Assembly: GCA_964496415.1 (NCBI GenBank)
Contig: CAZBZN010000010.1
Span: 1-23,464, forward strand
Origin: Candidatus Micrarchaeota archaeon
GTDB lineage: Archaea; B1Sed10-29; JAJRYS01
Direction of reading: 5' to 3'
Length of the DNA: 23,464 nucleotides
The position numbers and the translations under genes were made by a program. Below, piece after piece: positions 16,926 through 23,464 of the stretch; position 1 is the first letter of the stretch; every line of letters begins with the position of its first letter. Under the pieces are notes generated by a model that was given only the letters and a program-made list of their open reading frames with translations, was not told where the DNA came from and made no database searches.

Positions 16926-17885
16926 TTATTTTAGTATTCCTTTTACTATGAAGTCTATTGCTTGTTCTTCTGAAAGCCCTCTGCTCATAAGAGTTTCAAT
17001 TTCTTTTTTATTAATCCTGCCTATTGATGCTTCATGAGTAATCCGCGCAAGAGGATGGTTTACTGCAATTTTAGGCACTGCTTCTGCTTTTGCCTTGTCT
17101 CCTTGTACTATTTCATGACAGTCAACGTGCCCTCTTGTGTTTGCAGCGTTTCCTATTATCTCTCCAAGAACCTTAGCAGAGGAATTTTCAGTTAGGACTA
17201 TCCTGCTTTTTGCAGTTCCGCTTGCATTCTCTCCATCCAAATAAAGGGATTCTTTTATTATTATCTTATCATCTTTTTTCCCATACGCTTTTGTTATAAG
17301 ATTGCATGTGCTTGACTTTTCTTGCTTTACTTCATAGTCAAGGTCAAGAAATCCAACTTTTCCTTTTACTATTTTGAACTCATCTTCAAGAACTGCTTTT
17401 TCCTCAAGCACTGCTCTTAACTTAGGTTTAACTATAACATGCCCTTCTTCAGGATGAAAATGTTCCTCAAAATATTCTACTTTCGCGTTTTTCTTTACTT
17501 TCATGTCAAACTCCATCACGTGCTCTATGTCTTTTGCATTTGGAAACATGCAATGAGATAAAAAACTCACTTTAGAGTTTTTGCCTATCACAAAACTTGA
17601 CTTTATCACTTGTCTTCCTTTTTCGGGAGTCATTCCAAAACACAAATGAACAGGATTTTCTATCACCACGTTATCTTCAACAATCACTTTAACTTTTACT
17701 CCTTCTTCAAAACTCTCCAAATTTATTTTTATTCCTTCCACTTCTGTTTTTCCAAGCACCTTATTACCATTCACTACAGCACTTGCAGTAGTTTTTTGAA
17801 GTAAATCTAACAAATTAGCTCCTGTTGAAGAATAAACTCTTACTATTTCTTCGTATTCTTTTGAATAATCAAAACCATCAGCCAT
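16926..17885 (-). CDS. sufB: SufB/SufD-family Fe-S scaffold (SmsB-type, short form)
   Basis: PVHLCFG, RGHVDCHEI, P.I.V.HP.ARITHEASIG and LMSRGL. Overlaps the sufC stop. Confidence 0.9.
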   Translation of the reverse strand: MADGFDYSKEYEEIVRVYSSTGANLLDLLQKTTASAVVNGNKVLGKTEVEGIKINLESFEEGVKVKVIVEDNVVIENPVHLCFGMTPEKGRQVIKSSFVIGKNSKVSFLSHCMFPNAKDIEHVMEFDMKVKKNAKVEYFEEHFHPEEGHVIVKPKLRAVLEEKAVLEDEFKIVKGKVGFLDLDYEVKQEKSSTCNLITKAYGKKDDKIIIKESLYLDGENASGTAKSRIVLTENSSAKVLGEIIGNAANTRGHVDCHEIVQGDKAKAEAVPKIAVNHPLARITHEASIGRINKKEIETLMSRGLSEEQAIDFIVKGILK

Positions 17886-18606
17886 TAAGCTTCTCCTCTC
17901 TTATTTTTCCAACATGCAAGCACTTTGAACAGTTTTCTCTGAAAAAACTTGCTACATTCTCAGGCTTATCTTGTTTGATAATTTTTCCTTCACACATTAA
18001 AGAAACCACGTCACCTATTTCAGCCATTTTTTCATTATGAGTTATCAAAAGCACTGAAGTACCCTGCTTTTTGAAGTCCTTTATGATCTTTTTAATTACT
18101 TCAATAAAAGCAAGGTCTATTCCTGAGTCAGGCTCGTCTAAAATCACTAGTTCAGGATTCATTCCCATAACTGACGCTAGTTCTATTCTTTTCCTTTCCC
18201 CACCACTGAGGTTATCGTCAACATTTCTTTCAAGATATTGTTCAGGGTTAAGCCCTACTTTTTTCAGCAGTTCTTCTGGCTTGACTTTACTGTTTATTGA
18301 CAAGTAATCACGTACTGTTATTCCTTCAAAAACAGCAGGATTTTGCCATGCTAAAGTTATTCCTTCTTCAGCTCTCTTATTAATAGGATAACTAGTGATG
18401 TCCTTTCCTTTGAAAATTATTCTCCCTTCATTTGGTTCATACCCATATAACCCCATTATAACTGCTGCCAGCGTAGTCTTACCAGTTCCGTTGACTCCTA
18501 TCACTGAATGAATTTCTCCTTTCATGACCTGAAGGTTTACTCCTTTCAAAATCTCTTTTTCTTTTGAACTATAATAAACGTTTTTAACTTCTAACAAAAC
18601 CTGCAA
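17878..18606 (-). CDS. sufC: SufC-family ABC ATPase (SmsC-type, with C-terminal cysteines)
   Basis: GVNGTGKTT, AWQNP, LSGGERKRIE, ILDEPDSGID, LITH, SLMCEG and terminal CSKC. TTG start with GAGGGG SD. Confidence 0.92.
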   Translation of the reverse strand: MQVLLEVKNVYYSSKEKEILKGVNLQVMKGEIHSVIGVNGTGKTTLAAVIMGLYGYEPNEGRIIFKGKDITSYPINKRAEEGITLAWQNPAVFEGITVRDYLSINSKVKPEELLKKVGLNPEQYLERNVDDNLSGGERKRIELASVMGMNPELVILDEPDSGIDLAFIEVIKKIIKDFKKQGTSVLLITHNEKMAEIGDVVSLMCEGKIIKQDKPENVASFFRENCSKCLHVGKIREEKLNG

Positions 18607-18638
18607 TTGCCTTCCCCTCTTACTTCAAAGCCATAATT

Positions 18639-18659
18639 ATACCAGTGGTATTATTTAAA
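18639..18659 (-). promoter_or_regulatory. smsCB promoter with operator ATACCA-N-TGGTAT abutting the TATA box
   Basis: Minus-strand TTTAAATA (18652-18659) immediately followed by the palindrome ATACCAGTGGTAT (18639-18651, plus strand). Confidence 0.75.
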
Positions 18660-18707
18660 ATTATCTTTCCGAATTTCTTAAAAACAAGAACAGCTTACTA
18701 CTGATTC

Positions 18708-19403
18708 ATGAAGCAAGGGGCAAAGTTTTTCATAGGAACTTCTGGCTGGTCTTATTCATGGAACCCTGATGGGTTCGACTGGTATGCTGAAAACAGCGGA
18801 TTGAATGCTGTAGAGTTAAACTCTTCGTTCTATAGGTTTCCTTTTCCTTCATACGTCAAGCACTGGGCAAAAAAAGGAAAAGACCTTGCTTGGGCAGTGA
18901 AAGTAACAAGGTGGATAACGCACAGGAAAAAATTCAACCAATGCATTGAGCTTTGGAACCGTTTCCACTTGCTGTTCAAGCCTTTAGAAGAAAGCATTCA
19001 TTATTACTTGTTCCAGCTTCCTCCAAGCACTACGCCAAAAGCGATTCCGAAAATCCAGGAGTTCTTTGAAAAAACAAAACTCATAGAAACAGGCTTGATA
19101 GCTTTAGAGCCGAGGAATACTGAATGGTTCACGCAGGAATGCTTCAAATGGGCCAAGCAAAACAACATCACTTTCGTTTCAGTTGACGCTCCAAAACTTC
19201 CAAGAAACGTGATCAAAACCACCAAAAACGTTTACCTGCGTTTTCATGGAAGAACCTCATGGTATTCATACGACTACTCAAAAGAAGAGCTAAGAGAAAA
19301 AGCAGAACAAATCAAAAAAACCAAGCCAAGGAACGCGTACATCTTCTTCAACAACGACCATGCAATGCTTGAAAACGCTAGGGTAATGAAAAGACTACTG
19401 TAA
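18708..19403 (+). CDS. DUF72 (YecE-like) protein
   Basis: IGTSGWSY, VELNSSFYRFP, LFQLPP, EPR, VSVD, YLRFHG and FFNND. Confidence 0.92.
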   Translation: MKQGAKFFIGTSGWSYSWNPDGFDWYAENSGLNAVELNSSFYRFPFPSYVKHWAKKGKDLAWAVKVTRWITHRKKFNQCIELWNRFHLLFKPLEESIHYYLFQLPPSTTPKAIPKIQEFFEKTKLIETGLIALEPRNTEWFTQECFKWAKQNNITFVSVDAPKLPRNVIKTTKNVYLRFHGRTSWYSYDYSKEELREKAEQIKKTKPRNAYIFFNNDHAMLENARVMKRLL

Positions 19404-19434
19404 ACTGCAGAGGCAGTAACTACGTAGTCTTTTT
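19389..19434. terminator. Extended hairpin over the DUF72 stop followed by a T-tract
   Basis: AAAAGACTAC (19389-19398) pairs with GTAGTCTTTT (19424-19433); inner stem ACTGC-AGAG-GCAGT. Confidence 0.45.
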
Positions 19435-19463
19435 ATATGGCAAATGCGTATAGTCAAACCTTA

Positions 19464-21071
19464 ATGGGTTTTCAATTATTTGATAAAGAGATAAGTGGTC
19501 CTTTTACAATCCCATCGGGTGTTATGGTAACAAAGCCCAGCATGATCAGACGACTTTTTGAAATACCAGAGATAGGAATCGTCACTACAAAAAGCATTAG
19601 TTTTCATAAAAAACAAGGTAACAGAGAGCCTATAATCGCTGAGTATGGTTTTGGGTCTTTTATTAATGCTGTTGGTCTTGAAAATCCAGGCGCAGTAGAG
19701 TTTGCTAAACAACTCAAAAAAATAAAAATACCTGATGACAGGTTTTTGCTAGCATCAGTATTCGGGCGTGATGAGAAAGAGTTTGCGTTGGCATGTGAGG
19801 AGCTTTTGAACTACGTTGACGGATTTGAGTTAAACATTTCTTGCCCTCATTCAACAGAGTACGGCTTAAGCATTGGAAAAGACTTAGCGCTTGTTAAAAA
19901 AATAGTTGAAAAAGTTTCTTCATTGCAAAAACCAGTATTCGTGAAGCTGCCTCCAACAGTAGACGTAGAAGCAACAGTCACAGTATCTATGAAGGCAGGA
20001 GCTCGCGGCATCACTGCGATTAACTCAGAAGGCCCAAAGCTTTCTCCTTCCTATGAAGGAATACCTATCCTTTTTAACAAGTTTGGAGGAGTTTCAGGAA
20101 AAGCTATCCTAGACCTTGGTGTCAGCGTAGTAAAGAAAGTGAGGAGGGTCACACGAGCTCCAATAATAGCCTGCGGCGGCATATCAACGGCAAGAGATGT
20201 GTTAAGATATTCCAAAGCAGGAGCTAATTTTTATGGGATAGGATCAGCCCTAGCAGGAATGAAACATGCTGAAGTGAAAGAATATTTCCATGCTCTTTAT
20301 GAAGATGTGGTAAATGGAACTAACAATGCAGAGTCATATTTGAAGAAAAACTTGAGGATGAGTTACGAAAAGTTTAAAGTCGAGCATAGGAGACTACTGG
20401 CAAATGATTTGTTTATAATACAAACAGATAAAAGCATTAAAGCAGAGCCAGGGCAGTTTGTTTTTGTAATGTTGCCTGGGATTGGGGAAAAACCATTCTC
20501 AGTATTAGATGATGAACCACTTTCTTTGCTTGTCAAAATAAGAGGAAAGTTTACGAAAGCTTTACATTCACTAAAAAAAGGAGATCACATATACGTCAGA
20601 GGGCCCTATGGTAACTCCCTGAACATTAGCAAGAGTGACTCACTCCTTTTGGTTGGGGGCGGAACAGGAATAGCAGCGTTATACCTCTTCGCAAAAAGAA
20701 ACAATCATGCCGTTGCTGTCTTAGGCGCTTCAGACTATTCTCACTTGGCTTACGTTGACGAGTTTGAAAAGGAATGTCAGGAGGTATATAAGGTAACGGA
20801 AACCGGGGAAATAGGAGTGAAAGGCTTAGTGACAGATTTGCTTGATGACGTAATTGAAAAACATGATCCTAAATATTGCATAAACTGCGGTCCAGAGCCA
20901 ATGGTTAGGCAGGCAATTAAAAAAGAGAGCAAAACAGTCCCTTTAGAGAGGATATACTCTTCTATAGAAATGATTACAAAATGTGGGATAGGATTATGCG
21001 GCAGTTGCGTTACTTCACAAGGTTATAGGAGCTGTGTTGATGGAACGTTTTTTAACCCGCAGGATTTGTAA
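19464..21071 (+). CDS. pyrD: Fused dihydroorotate dehydrogenase family 1B: PyrD catalytic domain plus PyrK electron-transfer domain
   Basis: N-half: VTTKS, NAVGLENPG, ELNISCPH, FVKL, GGVSG, CGGI. C-half: PGQFV, KPFS, RGPYGN, VGGGTGIA, CGPEPM, CGIGLCGSC..SCVDG. Start ATG 19464 (26 nt after TTTTATAT) or 19437. Confidence 0.88.
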   Translation: MGFQLFDKEISGPFTIPSGVMVTKPSMIRRLFEIPEIGIVTTKSISFHKKQGNREPIIAEYGFGSFINAVGLENPGAVEFAKQLKKIKIPDDRFLLASVFGRDEKEFALACEELLNYVDGFELNISCPHSTEYGLSIGKDLALVKKIVEKVSSLQKPVFVKLPPTVDVEATVTVSMKAGARGITAINSEGPKLSPSYEGIPILFNKFGGVSGKAILDLGVSVVKKVRRVTRAPIIACGGISTARDVLRYSKAGANFYGIGSALAGMKHAEVKEYFHALYEDVVNGTNNAESYLKKNLRMSYEKFKVEHRRLLANDLFIIQTDKSIKAEPGQFVFVMLPGIGEKPFSVLDDEPLSLLVKIRGKFTKALHSLKKGDHIYVRGPYGNSLNISKSDSLLLVGGGTGIAALYLFAKRNNHAVAVLGASDYSHLAYVDEFEKECQEVYKVTETGEIGVKGLVTDLLDDVIEKHDPKYCINCGPEPMVRQAIKKESKTVPLERIYSSIEMITKCGIGLCGSCVTSQGYRSCVDGTFFNPQDL

Positions 21072-21089
21072 ATCACTTTACTCACTCTT

Positions 21090-21746
21090 TTATAATACCC
21101 TTCCTGCCTCTAGTTTTTTAAGGAACTCGTAGACTTTTGGGTGAAGTGAGGTCGTGAAGTATTTTTTGACTTCTGTTGGCTTGACCCATTTCAGTTCATG
21201 CAGGTCATCTTTTGGCTTTGCTTTTGTCTTAGCACTAGTTACAACATAGTAGATTGAGAGGAACTCCCTTCTTTCAGGGTAAGTCTTTGCAAAAACTATG
21301 CGTGGGTTTTTCACGTCAAGTCCTGTTTTTTCTTTAACTATTTTTACCACCCAGTCTTCAAGCTCTCTTTTATATCCTGGTCTTCCTCCTGGGAAAACCC
21401 ATGAAAGCTCTTTAATGTAAGGGTCGTTCTTCCTCAGTCCTATAAGGATCTTCTTAGTACGTGGGTTGTATATTATCGCCAGCACGTTCACTAAGAAAAC
21501 TCCCCTGTCAAACTGCGCCCAGTCAGGAATAACCTTTTCATAGTTCAACTCATACTTGGCATAAGGCTTGGCTTTTACTTTTTTGAGCACTCCTTCCTCC
21601 AGCAACTGTTTGACAGAAGAGTGAGCTGTTGATAAGCTAATTCCAGCTCTCTCAGCGATTTTCTTAATAGAAAGAGGTTTCCTTTCATTAAGAAGAACAT
21701 TAAGTACCTTTACATTACCCTTTTTAGCCAGCCTCTTACTAATCAT
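21090..21746 (-). CDS. N-terminal winged-helix HTH plus C-terminal Nudix-fold protein with a degenerate Nudix box
   Basis: LSIKKIAERAGISLSTAHSSVKQLLEEGVL; KILIGLR...WVFPGG...KEKTGL...ELKWV. ATG 21746 is 24 nt after a minus-strand TTTAAATT. Confidence 0.82.
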   Translation of the reverse strand: MISKRLAKKGNVKVLNVLLNERKPLSIKKIAERAGISLSTAHSSVKQLLEEGVLKKVKAKPYAKYELNYEKVIPDWAQFDRGVFLVNVLAIIYNPRTKKILIGLRKNDPYIKELSWVFPGGRPGYKRELEDWVVKIVKEKTGLDVKNPRIVFAKTYPERREFLSIYYVVTSAKTKAKPKDDLHELKWVKPTEVKKYFTTSLHPKVYEFLKKLEAGRVL

Positions 21747-21801
21747 GAATACTATTATTAATAAAAAATAATTTAAATGTTTCGCTTTTTCGAAATATCT
21801 T

Positions 21802-22221
21802 TCACTCAAACAACCTCAGAGCCTCGTAGAAGTTTAGTTTGAAGATTAGCATTATCAAGCTTATTGATATTATCCATAGAAGACCGACTATTGCTCTTTG
21901 CTTAGCGAATTCTAAGTTGTTCTTTTTGTCTAAGTCGTTCAATACGTGGCCATAATACCCAACAAAAAACGCTGTCACGTAAACCTTTGGAATCAAAAGC
22001 ATGATAAGGAAAGGAATTAGGAAAAAGTTAACCCACCAGTTTTTCTTGTTCAGTTTTGTCCAGAAACGCCTGTCAAGGTTAGGGACCAAAACCCCTAAAA
22101 ACGCTATGAGCACGATGTTCCAAAATCTTTCTGAGTAAAAATCAGCTTCCACTAGTACTGCAAAAGTAATTCCTAAAAGCACGCCGAAGAAAATACTCCT
22201 AGCATGCCTTTTTAATTTCAT
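21802..22221 (-). CDS. Membrane protein, distantly YdjM/metal-dependent hydrolase-like
   Basis: Several hydrophobic segments. G.L.PNLD and GYYGH..ND resemble the PDxD and GYxxHxxxD motifs of that family. Confidence 0.6.
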   Translation of the reverse strand: MKLKRHARSIFFGVLLGITFAVLVEADFYSERFWNIVLIAFLGVLVPNLDRRFWTKLNKKNWWVNFFLIPFLIMLLIPKVYVTAFFVGYYGHVLNDLDKKNNLEFAKQRAIVGLLWIISISLIMLIFKLNFYEALRLFE

Positions 22222-22284
22222 AAGTTGATATTATCAAAAGCAATTATTTAATTCTTTGCACTTACACCCTACATGCAGCTAAGG

Positions 22285-22362
22285 GATATTGGTTATTTCA
22301 AAATCCCCCGCATGCTGCTGGTTTTTCCAAACTTTTTTGACAGCTATTGATTTTTCAAAACT
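22285..22362. repeat. Three imperfect 20-bp repeats with 29-bp period
   Basis: GATATTGGTTATTTCAAAAT (22285), GCTGCTGGTTTTTCCAAACT (22314), GCTATTGATTTTTCAAAACT (22343). Confidence 0.5.
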
Positions 22363-22367
22363 GACAA

Positions 22368-22383
22368 CAGAAAGCTTTAAATA
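22368..22383 (+). promoter_or_regulatory. BRE/TATA promoter of the MC1 gene
   Basis: CAGAAAGC TTTAAATA; SD GGAGGT at 22427-22432. Confidence 0.7.
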
Positions 22384-22438
22384 CTTGTTGTTGTTTACTT
22401 TAACTTGTAAAACCATTAAAAAGAGTGGAGGTTAGAGG

Positions 22439-22825
22439 ATGGAGAAAAGGTATTTCGCGTTGAGAACATCTAAAAATGGTAGAGAAATAGCAGTGTTCAC
22501 TGGAAAACAACCAAGACAAGCAGCTTTAAAAGCAGCAAGCAGAGGCTACAAAGAAATTTACTTAAGAGAAAGAGGAACAAAAAAGCTTCACTACTTCAAA
22601 GGCACTAGGAAAAAAGTAAGAGCTCCTGCTGACAGACCAGACTGGATGCCAGAAGTAGTATGGAAGCCAAACGTCAGAAAAGTAGGGGTAATCCACTTAG
22701 AAAAGCCAAAGAAAAAAGCAGTAAAGAAAAAAGCTAAAAAGAAAAAGGCAAAGAAAAAGAAAGCTGCAAAAAGAAAAACCAAAAAGAAGAAAGCTAAAAA
22801 GAAAGCCAAGAGAAGACGCAGATGA
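22439..22825 (+). CDS. mc1: Non-histone chromosomal protein MC1 with Lys/Ala-rich C-terminal tail
   Basis: Hallmark VFTGKQPRQAALKAA.RG...LRERGTKK.H.F...AP..RP.WMP....KP.V.K. Confidence 0.94.
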   Translation: MEKRYFALRTSKNGREIAVFTGKQPRQAALKAASRGYKEIYLRERGTKKLHYFKGTRKKVRAPADRPDWMPEVVWKPNVRKVGVIHLEKPKKKAVKKKAKKKKAKKKKAAKRKTKKKKAKKKAKRRRR

Positions 22826-22847
22826 ATTTCTTTGATTACTAAACCAT

Positions 22848-22866
22848 AAGGCGCCTTCGGCGCCTT
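22848..22866. terminator. GC-rich hairpin downstream of MC1
   Basis: AAGGCGC-CTTCG-GCGCCTT in AT-rich context, with a T-tract shortly after. Confidence 0.5.
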
Positions 22867-22920
22867 GATTGATTATCTTTTTCTATCATAGCTACAACTC
22901 TTTGAATCACTACTTTCATC

Positions 22921-22935
22921 CGATAAGTTTATAAA
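22921..22935 (+). promoter_or_regulatory. rRNA promoter (BRE + TATA)
   Basis: CGATAAG TTTATAAA, ~250 nt upstream of the 16S start. Confidence 0.75.
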
Positions 22936-22957
22936 TACAAACCAGTAAAATTTATTA

Positions 22958-23187
22958 CGCGGAGCAAGCAAAATTTTCCTTTTGGTTTTTTAAATTATTC
23001 TAAGATGAAGTGCTTTCCAAAAATTAAAGGAAGGCACTGAAGCTTAAAAAGAAGCGTGAGTAGAGAGAATACTCGCGCTAATGAAATTTAATGAAGGCTT
23101 AATGTTCATCGTTAAGTCTGAAGCAGGCCTGCAGGAAAGCTTCCCCAATCACTGATTCTTGGATCAGCTTAAAGCGGCCGATCCCCA
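22958..23187 (+). other. Structured pre-16S rRNA leader (5' external transcribed spacer)
   Basis: Successive hairpins: GTGCTTTCC/GGAAGGCAC, AGCGTGAGTA/TACTCGCGCT, GGCTTAATG/CGTTAAGTC and CTGATT/GATCAG. The 5' boundary is estimated from the TATA position. Confidence 0.65.

Positions 23188-23464
<277 letters not shown>

Noticed and set aside
19832..19850. NISCPH instead of NxSCPN in PyrD
   Set aside because: To my knowledge the His variant is common in archaeal PyrD, and the catalytic Cys is intact.
22703..22822. AAAAAGAAAAAAGC-type DNA repeats
   Set aside because: Explained by Lys/Ala codons of the MC1 tail.

Overview
AT-rich, gene-dense chromosomal segment of an archaeon. Evidence: BRE/TATA promoters, GGTGA/GGAGGT ribosome-binding sites, an MC1 chromatin protein and the 5' end of an archaeal 16S rRNA gene. 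The divergent 16S start and compact layout suggest a DPANN-type lineage (inference only). From left to right: the 3' end of smc, small basic or coiled-coil orphans, an M18 aminopeptidase, a HemK2-type methyltransferase, an AAA+ ATPase/nuclease-fold gene flanked by 32-bp direct repeats, and a DRG-like GTPase. A ~12-kb Fe-S/metal neighbourhood follows: DUF1858, a second ATPase-nuclease, NifS/IscS, a Cys-rich HTH regulator, a P-type IIA ATPase, a radical SAM/SPASM enzyme, TDT and ZIP transporters, a Cys-free Mrp and SufCB/SmsCB. The right end holds DUF72, a PyrD-PyrK fusion, an HTH-Nudix protein, a membrane protein, MC1 with an H1-like tail, and the rRNA promoter, leader and 16S start. Best leads: (1) the palindrome ATACCA-N-TGGTAT sits just behind the TATA box of both the regulator-nifS operon and the smsCB operon 8.7 kb away, a candidate Fe-S biogenesis regulon; (2) the AAA+ gene is bracketed by direct repeats of paired palindromes with a 6-bp spacer; (3) MC1 carries a 40-aa Lys/Ala tail. 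All family calls come from motif recognition; no database search was run.
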